DNA of 64,000 nt from a virus, in the IMG/VR virus record IMGVR_UViG_3300033143_004212, positions 1-64,000 of that record, one strand, 5' to 3'. A program made the position numbers and the translations under genes. The notes beneath the pieces were generated by a model. That model saw only the letters and a program-made list of their open reading frames with translations, was not told where the DNA came from and did not search any database. Shown here piece after piece: positions 1 through 9,222 of this stretch. Position 1 is the stretch's first letter; each line of letters begins with the position of its first letter.

Positions 1-31
1 AATTTCATTCGAACTGCATTGGAGGTAGAGT

Positions 32-379
32 ATGAAACAGTGCATAACAGATAAACAATTTATTGAATTTGTAAAACCAAATGGTATTTATGATAATAAT
101 AGAATAACAGCTTTACGGAAATTATTAAAATTAAAAGACAATGAAGTATTATCATCTTTATTATTTAATATAGGTAAAATGATAGAAATGTTAGGGCATA
201 AATTATTCTTTATAGGTCATAATCCGGAATTTACATTTAATAATGTAAATAAACCACATTTTGGAGTTTTATTAAAAAGAGATAATGATGAGAATGGGGA
301 TAAAAAATTTGAATTTAAATCAAAAGAGCTTTGTGATGCATTATGGGAAGCGATAGAAGAAATATCAGATTGCATTTAA
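32..379 (+). CDS. Hypothetical phage protein (115 aa; ends ELCDALWEA)
   Basis: GGAGG RBS; stop codon lies inside the inter-gene motif. Confidence 0.8.
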   Translation: MKQCITDKQFIEFVKPNGIYDNNRITALRKLLKLKDNEVLSSLLFNIGKMIEMLGHKLFFIGHNPEFTFNNVNKPHFGVLLKRDNDENGDKKFEFKSKELCDALWEAIEEISDCI

Positions 380-400
380 ACCGCACTGGAGGATATTATA

Positions 401-592
401 ATGAGAAAAGTTATTGTATTAATAGTAAGACTTAGAGAAAGGACAGCAGAAGGAGAACCTATATTACTTCGTTCTTATATATGTGATGAAAATAAAGTTA
501 ACCTTCAGGCTCCCATGATTAAAGACATAATTAGAGTAGAAAAAGAGTATAACGGAACTGTTATTAATTGGTTCTTTGCATATTCAGAATAA
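401..592 (+). CDS. Hypothetical protein (63 aa)
   Basis: GGAGG RBS after the motif; stop inside the next motif. Confidence 0.75.
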   Translation: MRKVIVLIVRLRERTAEGEPILLRSYICDENKVNLQAPMIKDIIRVEKEYNGTVINWFFAYSE

Positions 593-612
593 AACTGCAT
601 TGGAGGTGCGTT

Positions 613-930
613 ATGAAATTCAGAGAAGTGATAACTAAAGATGGAGGACATTGGATAGAGTGTAAGAAACATTGGTGGAATAAATGGGAAGAAACATTAG
701 CAGAAGAATTAGAATTTATTAAAGTTAGGAAATGAAGGATGTTTAGAGTGATATTCTTTTCTCTTGGCTTATTTGCCAATATTAAATCCCGTTATGACCG
801 CATGAGCACAGCAGAATTAATATTAATGATAGTAGGATGGATAATAATAATCTTAGTGATAGGACTAATAGGACTAATAGGAATCTCATGTTTAGGAAAG
901 TTTTATGGCTTTCTTATAACAATATTATAG
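613..930 (+). CDS. Hypothetical membrane protein, read through TGA 733 (may be two small genes)
   Basis: GGAGG RBS + ATG 613, in frame with track ORF 739-930; hydrophobic C-terminus. Confidence 0.5.
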
Positions 931-976
931 TATTATTAATGTTAAATAATTCCATTCAAACTGCAGGAGGTGTATT

Positions 977-1126
977 ATGAAAAGAGATGATATATTAATA
1001 GTAATATTATTAATTTTATGAATAATTACATGGTTCGTAGGAATGAGTTTTATAATGGGAAGTTTTTTAAATGCAGTTATAGTGACGGGTATCATAGTAT
1101 TATTAATGTTAAGTATTTACGATTAA
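977..1126 (+). CDS. Small 2-TM membrane protein (49 aa, TGA=Trp at 1019); missed by ORF track
   Basis: GGAGG RBS; MKRDDILIVILLIL[W]IITWFVGMSFIMGSFLNAVIVTGIIVLLMLSIYD; TAA inside the next motif. Confidence 0.75.
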
Positions 1127-1146
1127 ACCGCATAAGAGGAGATAAT

Positions 1147-1467
1147 ATGAATAAAGAAGATTATAAAAATAAATGGCAATACAGTGAAGATGAAAGACCA
1201 AAAGGTTGTTGTTATGATTGTAGAATGAAATATGATCAATTCCCAGATATGATTATACCAGATGTTCTTTGGGAATTAATAAATCCAACTAAGATTGAAG
1301 GTGCAGGATTATTATGCCCAACATGTATTGCGAATAGATTAGATTTTTTAGGTATATGGTATGATTTACAAAATAAATTATGTAAATTACCTTGTAAGAG
1401 AAAACATAAGAAGAGGGATTGGAGAATTAGACCTATTTTAGAAGTAATAGAAATAAAACAATGGTAG
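1147..1467 (+). CDS. Hypothetical protein with CxxC...CxxC (probable Zn-binding)
   Basis: AGAGGAG RBS before ATG 1147; CYDC and CPTC motifs. Confidence 0.75.
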   Translation: MNKEDYKNKWQYSEDERPKGCCYDCRMKYDQFPDMIIPDVLWELINPTKIEGAGLLCPTCIANRLDFLGIWYDLQNKLCKLPCKRKHKKRDWRIRPILEVIEIKQW

Positions 1468-1610
1468 AAGATTCCATTTAAACCGCATTCTTTTCACTCT
1501 TGGCGCATTTAATCTCATCCAGTTTGTTTCCACGAGATAGATTGGGAGACATAATATATATTAAAATCAGTCTGCAATCACAATTGAACCGCATTGAAAG
1601 GAAGTGTCAC

Positions 1611-1736
1611 ATGAAAAAGAAAGAAATAATGTTATCATTATTATCATACTATTTTATCATTTTATCAGGTCTTACAGGATCTGTATGTATGCTTTTTATT
1701 GCTGTTATTTTATTTATTATAATGATAAATTCTTAA
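1611..1736 (+). CDS. Small hydrophobic membrane peptide (41 aa)
   Basis: GAAAGGA RBS after motif copy 1578. Confidence 0.6.
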   Translation: MKKKEIMLSLLSYYFIILSGLTGSVCMLFIAVILFIIMINS

Positions 1737-2338
1737 TAGCTAATTGCATTTAAACCGCATGCTTTTATATAAAACCTACCCTACGAAGTAGGTAGGAAGT
1801 ACAAAGAACAACGAGGGTCTGCAATAAAAACAGACTGTTTATTGAAAAAAGCTATTGCGGAGGATGGAACCCCAATCATCAATTGCATTCAAACCGCACA
1901 TTTTTATATAACCTATCTCTTAAAAGAGATAGAAAGGATATAGAATAACAGAGGTCTGCAAATAAAAATGCCAAAACTAGTGGTCGCAAGGATGGAACCC
2001 TCGCTCACCTTCCCACCATTTACCAATCTCATTTCTAGCGCACTAATGTTTTGCTCTTGGAGGGAGAAACGCGAAGCGTTTATCACGATATAACTCATTC
2101 CTCTGGATTTATTTACTTCACGAGAAAAAAAATCTCGTATATTATATTATAGTACGTATATTTGGGGATGCGGGGCAGAAGCCCCTTATCCTTTATGTTT
2201 TTTTACTCTACGAGATGATTAATCCCGTATAAGGTTTAAAATTTTTATATAGATAATTTTCTGATTTATTTTTATAATTATTATGAAAAGTAACTGGTGT
2301 AATATTATAATTTTCTGCCCAAAATTTATGGGATTTAC

Positions 2339-2367
2339 TTGACATTTGTTTTTAAATATGTTATAAT
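2339..2367 (+). promoter_or_regulatory. Consensus sigma-A promoter
   Basis: TTGACA-17-TATAAT with extended TG. Confidence 0.85.
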
Positions 2368-2406
2368 ATATATAGATAGAGGAATAGGAATTTTTAGGAG
2401 GAAAAA

Positions 2407-2568
2407 ATGTTTAGGACTATTAAATTAGAATTAGAAAGAGAACTAAGATTAGCTAAGAAAGAATTAAAGAAAGATAATTTATCTGTAGAAGATAAAAATT
2501 ATGCATGGGGTTATAGAGATGCACTAGAAAGACTTCTAGATATGATAAATAAAGGATATATAGGATAG
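2407..2568 (+). CDS. Hypothetical protein (53 aa); below ORF-track cut-off
   Basis: AGGAGG RBS; MFRTIKLELERELRLAKK...YAWGYRDALE. Confidence 0.75.
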   Translation: MFRTIKLELERELRLAKKELKKDNLSVEDKNYAWGYRDALERLLDMINKGYIG

Positions 2569-2581
2569 GGAGGTAAAAGAA

Positions 2582-2803
2582 ATGACAGTTTCATTTTATA
2601 TTGATTTAGAAGATTTAAGTTTATTTAAATTAGGACATCCTTGTAATATTTCGGTTAGTACAGGAGCAATATTAATTACACTTGATATTGGAGATGTGAA
2701 AGAACTTATGACAGATAATGGTCCTAATCGTTATAATTATTCACAGATACAATTAACAAAACAAGGACGAGATAAAGTATTAGGAGTGAAAATACCATGC
2801 TAG
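2582..2803 (+). CDS. Hypothetical protein (73 aa)
   Basis: GGGAGG RBS; operon context. Confidence 0.7.
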   Translation: MTVSFYIDLEDLSLFKLGHPCNISVSTGAILITLDIGDVKELMTDNGPNRYNYSQIQLTKQGRDKVLGVKIPC

Positions 2804-2949
2804 CTAAATATAAAGAAGATAAACGAATTTATGAAATATATGGAGTCAGAATTTTGGATGATGAGGACGTAGAGTTTTACATATGTACTCATGAAAAGAA
2901 AGTCTGAATGTGGATTGATTCACGAGAGTTTGAACCTTATAGAAGATAG
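2797..2949 (+). CDS. Hypothetical protein (50 aa, TGA=Trp at 2905)
   Basis: AGGAG RBS; ...HEKKV[W]MWIDSREFEPYRR; fills the gap to the next gene. Confidence 0.65.
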
Positions 2950-2958
2950 GAGAGTTGT

Positions 2959-3201
2959 ATGAAAATAAGAGAGAGTGCGATTATTAGAAGTGAAATAAAA
3001 GAATGTAAAGTTGGAGATGTTATTAAAGATATGAATGGTTATTATTTAGTTATTCAGACTGGATTAACTTTTTCATTATTAAATTTAAGAACTAATCAAA
3101 CATATTTAAGTAGAGCGATACTAAAAGAATTATACGATGCTTTCCATGGATCTAGAGATGAGCTTGTAAAGGCTGAAGTAATTATAGAAAGGATAATATA
3201 A
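2959..3201 (+). CDS. Tandem paralog 1 (80 aa)
   Basis: Shares VGD.I.D...YYLVI...LL.L pattern with the next two ORFs. Confidence 0.8.
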   Translation: MKIRESAIIRSEIKECKVGDVIKDMNGYYLVIQTGLTFSLLNLRTNQTYLSRAILKELYDAFHGSRDELVKAEVIIERII

Positions 3202-3202
3202 T

Positions 3203-3445
3203 ATGAAGGTAATAAATAAAATAGGCGTAAGAACAGAAAAGAAAGCATATCAAGTTGGAGACGTTATTTGTGATAAGGGAGATTATTATTTAGTCATTGA
3301 GTTATCTGAAAAGTATGCATTATTAGATTTAGATGATTGCAGAATACTTACTCCTAAAGATACTTTAGAAGGATTATATGATCTTTATCATAATGATGAA
3401 GAAATAGTTGCGGATGCAGAAATAACTTTAATAGGAAGGAAATAG
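3203..3445 (+). CDS. Tandem paralog 2 (80 aa)
   Basis: Same pattern. Confidence 0.8.
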   Translation: MKVINKIGVRTEKKAYQVGDVICDKGDYYLVIELSEKYALLDLDDCRILTPKDTLEGLYDLYHNDEEIVADAEITLIGRK

Positions 3446-3446
3446 T

Positions 3447-3695
3447 ATGAAGATAACATATGGAGGAGTTAGACACGACGAAGTAACAGAGTACAAAGTT
3501 GGAGATATTATTTATGATGGAAATGAATATTATTTAGTTATTAAGCATGGTGAAGCTTACGCATTACTATCTTTAGAATCAAATGCGATTGCTAGTCAGT
3601 TTGAAAAAACATTAGAGAGATTATATAGGATGCAAGGTAGTGACTTAGATAGACTTGTAAAAGCTGAATTAGTTGTGGAAGGAGAAGAGAAATAA
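3447..3695 (+). CDS. Tandem paralog 3 (82 aa)
   Basis: Same pattern. Confidence 0.8.
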   Translation: MKITYGGVRHDEVTEYKVGDIIYDGNEYYLVIKHGEAYALLSLESNAIASQFEKTLERLYRMQGSDLDRLVKAELVVEGEEK

Positions 3696-4022
3696 ATGAA
3701 AAAATTATTAATTATTGTATTATGCGTACTGCTAGCGGCAGGAGCATCTCTTGCAATCTTGCAAGGAGCAGATTTATTTATTGCGTTAAATGAACGGGTT
3801 GAAATATTAGAAGGACAGCAAGTAGAACTATTAATACAAGTAGAGAATCAAGAGTACGTACTTACTAAGAAAGATGAAGAACTTATGAATCTTCAAGTTG
3901 AAGTAATAAATTATATGAATTCAAATTTAGTCACTGTTGAATATGCAGAGCAATTATATAATATATTCGATTTAAGAACTCAAGATTTAAGACAGTGGAT
4001 AGAGGAACTGCAACAAGAATAG
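3696..4022 (+). CDS. Signal/TM-anchored coiled-coil protein
   Basis: MKK + hydrophobic N-terminus, heptad-like E/Q/L-rich body. Confidence 0.75.
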   Translation: MKKLLIIVLCVLLAAGASLAILQGADLFIALNERVEILEGQQVELLIQVENQEYVLTKKDEELMNLQVEVINYMNSNLVTVEYAEQLYNIFDLRTQDLRQWIEELQQE

Positions 4023-4204
4023 TTTCCTGCTTTTTTGGGAAAAATCTATAGTAAAATACAAGTACAGATATCTTATCAATATCTGTATTTTGCGTGGCAT
4101 CTTGGGGTCGGTGTATTTTCGCAATAAAAAAAGAGAGGAAGATAAGTCCACCGGAGTATTATCTCCTCTGTACCCACCTTATACTCTCTTTAATAATTAT
4201 ATTA

Positions 4205-4447
4205 CTATGCTTCTTCTATTACCTCTGCTTCTGCTTCGTCTTCGATTACTACTTCTAATCTTTTAGTTTTAACGATTACTTTAACAACGATATCTAATTC
4301 TCCATCTCTTACTAAGAACTCTCCACTAGATAAATCTACTAAGATTTCATCTTCTCTAGCTTCAAAACCTTTTGCAAGTCTAGCTTTAACATCCTCACGT
4401 GCTTTTGTTGCGATTTCTTTTTTAGTTAATTCTTTAATAACAGCCAT
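4205..4447 (-). CDS. Small acidic protein (family shared with 6229-6465 and 8728-9000)
   Basis: GGAG RBS; own promoter TTGACT-17-TATAAT at 4536-4508. Confidence 0.8.
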   Translation of the reverse strand: MAVIKELTKKEIATKAREDVKARLAKGFEAREDEILVDLSSGEFLVRDGELDIVVKVIVKTKRLEVVIEDEAEAEVIEEA

Positions 4448-4556
4448 TTTGCACCTCTCCTTTTGTATTTTTTTTATTTTTTATTTTCTTTCCCTTAACT
4501 TACTTATATTATAACATATCTTCTCCCGAAAGTCAATAATAATTCTTAAAAATTTA

Positions 4557-4823
4557 TTAATTTCCGTAGGAAATTCTAATTGATTCTTCACGATGGATAT
4601 AATGGGAACCTTTATCTTCAAGATCTTTTATTTCAATTACTAAATCACTTCTTTCATACATACAGTAGATACCAATTTGTGCCATCCCTGCAACATATAA
4701 GTAATATAGTTTTAAAGCTTCTGCTTCAGTCCTTGCAACAAAAGTGATGATACCTCTTCCATTATAATCTTCATCCTCAGTTCCATATTCTTTAAATAGA
4801 TAACTAATTTTAAATTTTTTCAT
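4557..4823 (-). CDS. Hypothetical protein
   Basis: AAGGAG RBS; promoter TTGACT-17-TATAAT at 4878-4850. Confidence 0.75.
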   Translation of the reverse strand: MKKFKISYLFKEYGTEDEDYNGRGIITFVARTEAEALKLYYLYVAGMAQIGIYCMYERSDLVIEIKDLEDKGSHYIHREESIRISYGN

Positions 4824-5191
4824 TTTTCCCATCTCCTTTATCTATATATATTATATCATATCTTTACGTAAAAGTCAAGGGTTTTTTATAAGTATTTTCC
4901 TGGACATACGCCTTTTATAGCTAGTAAAGTGGTCGGGTAGAATTTCTGGAAGATTATGTAAATGGGGTCGGTGTAGGAGCGGTGTATAAAAATCCTGGTC
5001 GTGATGAGGGTCGGTGTAGGAGGGTCAAGGGGTCGGTGTATTAAGTTTTTATTTTGTATGTCAAGGGGTCGGTGTATTTTAGGGGTCGGTGTATTCCTAT
5101 ACTACGCCGATATCGGTGTACTACACCGCATTATCCGGTGTACCAATGAACAGAAAAAAATAGGAAGTAACTTCCTATTTTTCCTTAATTC

Positions 5192-5509
5192 TTAATTTTC
5201 ATTTAATTCGTCGAATGCGTCTAAAGTTAATTCTGATGTATTTCCAACTTCTACCAATCCTGTTTTTACTAATACTAAACGTTCTGCATTACTAATGTAG
5301 GTAAAAATAACTTTAACGTATTCATTTATTTGGATATAATCAGTACCGTAAATTACTCCATCAATTTCATCAAATTCCATAAGCTTTTTAACAAGGTCTC
5401 TAAATTCATTGGCTTCTTTTAAACTCATTACTCTTGAACCAATAGTTCCAATATTACCCATTTCTGTTACTCCTTCAAGTCTTACTGCTACTAAATCTGT
5501 AATTTTCAT
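5192..5509 (-). CDS. Hypothetical protein (105 aa)
   Basis: RBS; followed by terminator at ~5155-5182. Confidence 0.75.
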   Translation of the reverse strand: MKITDLVAVRLEGVTEMGNIGTIGSRVMSLKEANEFRDLVKKLMEFDEIDGVIYGTDYIQINEYVKVIFTYISNAERLVLVKTGLVEVGNTSELTLDAFDELNEN

Positions 5510-5522
5510 TTACTCCATCTCC

Positions 5523-5747
5523 TTAATAAGTGTAAATACTTTCCAATATTCTTACATGTACATCTGCATATTTCAAACCTTTTATAAAACCATTAATTTG
5601 TTCATCAATTTTATCATGGTAATTATCTCCAGATAAGATAACTTTATCCTTAACTTCGTCTCGCAATTGTACTGTACAATTCTCGTCTACTCCATCATCA
5701 TCTTGTAAATAATATTTTCTTAATATGATTGTTAATCTCATATTCAT
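5523..5747 (-). CDS. Hypothetical protein (74 aa)
   Basis: RBS and box promoter upstream. Confidence 0.75.
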   Translation of the reverse strand: MNMRLTIILRKYYLQDDDGVDENCTVQLRDEVKDKVILSGDNYHDKIDEQINGFIKGLKYADVHVRILESIYTY

Positions 5748-5953
5748 ATGCTCACTTCCTTTCTATATATATAGTATACCATGATATAGAGGTTTTTACA
5801 ACTATACGGTGTATCATACTTTATTTCCGGTGTATGTCCGGTGTACTATTCCCTTATACACCGTTTCTACACCGAATTCGGTGTACTACACCGGGTTTTA
5901 TCCTCTGATACACCGGGAATACACCGCAACTTAGACGTACAAAAAAAAGGAGA

Positions 5954-6184
5954 CTAAGCCCCTTTTTTTGTAATGATATCCATTAACTTCCTTTTCCCAT
6001 CTTCTACCAAAGCTTCTTGATATTTGATTTCGAGATATCCTTTCCAAGATTGGTAAAAAATGTGTCCTTTGGCAATAGCTTGTTGTTTGGTATAATTTGC
6101 CAAATTATCTTCCACCAAAGTTTTTCTTAATCTACCTTTGGTAGAATTTACCAACTGCTCCACTTTTTTATGAAGTTTCGCCAT
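5954..6184 (-). CDS. Hypothetical basic protein
   Basis: GGAGAGG RBS; terminator downstream. Confidence 0.7.
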   Translation of the reverse strand: MAKLHKKVEQLVNSTKGRLRKTLVEDNLANYTKQQAIAKGHIFYQSWKGYLEIKYQEALVEDGKRKLMDIITKKGA

Positions 6185-6228
6185 TATTACCTCTCCTTCC
6201 ATTTAGATGGAGAATAGGGAATAAATCC

Positions 6229-6465
6229 CTATTCGATAAAATCTACTTCTAAGATTCTGTCTTTTTTTTCAACTACTCTGAAAACGAAATCTTTTTTATC
6301 TCCCTTTTCATTTTCAAATTCTAGCACGATTCCTTCTTTGGTAAATTTTACCTCTTGCTCAAATTCTTCTGCAAGTAAGTTTGCAAGCTTTTCAAGTAAT
6401 TCGTCTCTTTTTGTAACTTTTACATTGATTTGCTTAGTTTTTGTATTCTTAACTAGTTTAGCCAT
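6229..6465 (-). CDS. Small protein (family shared with 4205-4447 and 8728-9000)
   Basis: AGGGAG RBS; stop fused to the shared terminator. Confidence 0.8.
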   Translation of the reverse strand: MAKLVKNTKTKQINVKVTKRDELLEKLANLLAEEFEQEVKFTKEGIVLEFENEKGDKKDFVFRVVEKKDRILEVDFIE

Positions 6466-6672
6466 TTATTTCACTCCCTTTATATAGTTTGTTATCTCTT
6501 ATCTATAACTAATTATACCATATATATACCTATTATTCAACTGTCCGGTGTATTTAGGGTGCGGTGTATACTTGAGTGCGGTGTATACTTGAGTGCGGTG
6601 TATAAGTAGAATAAGTGCGGTGTATCGGCAAAGTGTGGGGCATACGCCGACCCTATGCTATAAAAAAAAGAG

Positions 6673-7401
6673 CTAGTAAAGCTCTTTATGAATTTTTGCC
6701 ACTATTCGCCAAGGTTGGTTAATAATTCCTTTTGTGAATTTTTTGTGTTGTCTGTAACATTTTGCCATTATTGCCACTTCTATCTCTGTATCACTTAAAG
6801 CAGTGTGATTCTCAGAAAATTCCATATCTCCTGTAATATACCTATATCCAACTTCTGCATTTGTTAGTGGATTACATCCTTTAGTGTAAAGACCTAACTG
6901 ATTTACCATAAGATGGAAGCCTTTCTGAATATAGAGAGTTTCACAAGCTAATCCCCATATATCCTGTAATTTTACAGAAAATCTTAAAAACTTTTTACTT
7001 TCCTTAGAGCCGAATTGAGAATGTAAATATCTGGTAGTTGCTTTTAATGCTCGAATATCAAAACTGAGATTATATGCCAAAACTTCCTTTACATTCCATT
7101 TCTCTAATAAATCGTTAAATTCTTTTTTAGCTACTTTAAAAGGTACTTTACGCATTAAACGATTGGTAATTTTTTCCACATACATTGGTCGCTTACTTCC
7201 ATAATATGCCGAATTCATCATTTTTTTATTGTCAAAAATTTCCTTTATTACCCAATCTTTCTGTGCATAAATTTTACCTCGTTTGTCAGTAATTGTCACT
7301 CCTAAATCATATACCAAAGGGCTATCAAAGCAGCCTGCCGTCTCGGTGTCAAAAACTGCCAAATATTTCACTCTTTTATCATATTTTCCTTTTTTTGTCA
7401 T
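6673..7401 (-). CDS. DEDDh 3'-5' exonuclease
   Basis: Motifs FDTETAG, AYNLSFD, HTALSD. Confidence 0.85.
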   Translation of the reverse strand: MTKKGKYDKRVKYLAVFDTETAGCFDSPLVYDLGVTITDKRGKIYAQKDWVIKEIFDNKKMMNSAYYGSKRPMYVEKITNRLMRKVPFKVAKKEFNDLLEKWNVKEVLAYNLSFDIRALKATTRYLHSQFGSKESKKFLRFSVKLQDIWGLACETLYIQKGFHLMVNQLGLYTKGCNPLTNAEVGYRYITGDMEFSENHTALSDTEIEVAIMAKCYRQHKKFTKGIINQPWRIVAKIHKELY

Positions 7402-7638
7402 TATACCACTTCCTTCCAAATTCGTTTCGCTTGGCGTTCTCTATCTATAACTAATTATAGCATAGATAAGTGAATACTTCAAGTGTCCGGTGTATCTTGC
7501 TTGCGGTGTACTTCCGGTGTATTTCCGGTGTATTTTTAAAGAAAAAAATACATACACCGATTATACACCGAATTCGGTGTACTACACCGTAAGTTGCGGT
7601 GTACTGGTAAAATAAAAAAAATAGGGAATTAATCCCTA

Positions 7639-7974
7639 TTAACATGTAGTATTGTAAACAGTTAAAGTTACATCATAATCATTTTCTTCTAATAATTGGA
7701 ATTTCATAATGTGTAAATGCGTTCTTAATTCAAGTACAGATTCTTTAAAATCATTAGCAGATATAAAGTGCATTGGTTCGTCTGTTCCATCGTCAACAGT
7801 TATTATAAATAATAAATCCATTCCTGAAATGCTTTCCCATGTAAAAGTAACGGTAATAATATTTCTAGGGTCATCTATTGAAACACCATAAAAGCGACCA
7901 CCATCAATTTCACTATTTAAAATTTTATCTAAAATATCGTAATAAGTAATTTCTGGTAATTTTAAACTTAACAT
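7639..7974 (-). CDS. Hypothetical protein (111 aa)
   Basis: AAGGGAG RBS; terminator follows. Confidence 0.7.
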   Translation of the reverse strand: MLSLKLPEITYYDILDKILNSEIDGGRFYGVSIDDPRNIITVTFTWESISGMDLLFIITVDDGTDEPMHFISANDFKESVLELRTHLHIMKFQLLEENDYDVTLTVYNTTC

Positions 7975-7978
7975 ACAA

Positions 7979-8470
7979 TTACTCCCTTTCTTTATCTGCT
8001 AATACTTTTGCCATTCTAAAAGCATTTCTAGTTGCTTTTTTTTCTAGTTTAGTCGTATAGTAAAAATAATCCATAAAATCATTAGTAGCATGACAATCTT
8101 CTAAAAAATCCATTTCTTCTTTTTTTAATTCTAAATTGTAATTAAATTCTTCGGGATTATCTAAATAGTCTAACCAATGACCTAATTCATGTAATAGTAC
8201 AAATTCTGCGTAAGATAAATCTTTATTAATTTTTTGTAAAGTATCATATTCTATCCTATTCGTATAAGCGTCTATTGGAAGTTCTTGGAAATCTATTAAT
8301 TCTTCCATACTCATAGATACTCTTTTCCCTTCAATCCAAATACCACAACAGAAACCTTGTGAGAGATAAAGGTCGCCGAAAATTTCGGGATAATCTTTTT
8401 GCATTTTATAAAATAATTCTCGTACTTTAAACATATCTTCTTTTTTTACTATATAATTAGATTCAGTCAT
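7979..8470 (-). CDS. HEXXH zinc metallopeptidase-like protein (ImmA/IrrE-like); paralog of 11378-11860
   Basis: FVLLHELGHWLD ... LEKKA motif. Confidence 0.75.
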   Translation of the reverse strand: MTESNYIVKKEDMFKVRELFYKMQKDYPEIFGDLYLSQGFCCGIWIEGKRVSMSMEELIDFQELPIDAYTNRIEYDTLQKINKDLSYAEFVLLHELGHWLDYLDNPEEFNYNLELKKEEMDFLEDCHATNDFMDYFYYTTKLEKKATRNAFRMAKVLADKERE

Positions 8471-8727
8471 TCCATACACTCCCTTCCTTGTTTTATCCTA
8501 TAACTAATTATACCATATATATTATAATAAAGCAACCCATCGGTGTATTTCCGCCTTCAATCACGTATACACCGCACTTTTATTTTCTCTTGGTACACCG
8601 CAAATACACCGCACTTTTTGTACACCGGACTTTCTGTACACCGCACCATTGTAAAATTACTTGATTAGTGTTATACTATAAGTAGATAAAGAAGTGATAA
8701 TAAACTATAAAAAAGGAAGTGGAGAAA

Positions 8728-9000
8728 ATGACAGTTAAAGAGAAAAGTCAAAAGCAATTAGATAATGAATTAAGAGAAAGCATTAAAATTAGATTGGCAG
8801 AAGGTTTTGAAAATACTGATGAAGAAATGGTAATTGATAATGGTTCTTCATTAATTATTAGAGTTAATGATATTAATGTAGATGTTGAAGTAAAAATTAT
8901 TGTTAAGAAAAATCAATTTGATATTGAAATTGCAGAAGAAGAACCGGAAGAAGAACCGGAAGAAACAACAGAAGAACCGGAAGAAGAACCGGAAGAATAG
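8728..9000 (+). CDS. Small acidic protein with EEPEEE tail; inverted cassette
   Basis: Box promoter on + strand, RBS, shared terminator; similar to 4205-4447. Confidence 0.8.
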   Translation: MTVKEKSQKQLDNELRESIKIRLAEGFENTDEEMVIDNGSSLIIRVNDINVDVEVKIIVKKNQFDIEIAEEEPEEEPEETTEEPEEEPEE

Positions 9001-9020
9001 GGATTTATTCCCTTTCTTCT

Positions 9021-9222
9021 CTTAATTGGGATTTATTGGAAGATAAGTATTTGCTTTCGTAGTGTAATGAAGAATCGGACTAAATAGGTGGAGTTGCGAT
9101 ATCAAAAGGTACACACTAGCTTAACCAAAGTAGCCACCAGTCAAGGGAATCTTTAGGAGGTGCACACTCCTACTGTCTACCGAGCCAAAAGGATACTTAT
9201 CTCCCAGTAAATCCCAATTAAG
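9021..9222 (+). ncRNA. Candidate structured RNA enclosed by a 30-bp inverted repeat
   Basis: 9021-9050 pairs with 9193-9222 (28/30); internal stems GACT/AGTC, GGTGG/CCACC, TAGGAG/CTCCTA; no ORF. Confidence 0.55.

Larger units (their letters stand above)
3..1898 (+). repeat. Dispersed 16-bp inter-gene motif, consensus TTNCATTYAAACYGCA, 10 copies
   Basis: Copies at 3, 370, 584, 787 (degenerate), 950, 1117, 1472, 1578, 1744, 1883; most are directly followed by an RBS and start codon; three contain the upstream gene's TAA. Confidence 0.85.

Noticed and set aside
1018-1146. N-terminal extension of track ORF 1018-1467
   Set aside because: Overlaps the RBS-supported 977-1126 gene; the better start is ATG 1147
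9053-9125. tRNA-like start GCTTTCGTAGTGTAATG (possible suppressor tRNA)
   Set aside because: No TTCRA T-loop, no matching acceptor stem and no cloverleaf could be built by eye
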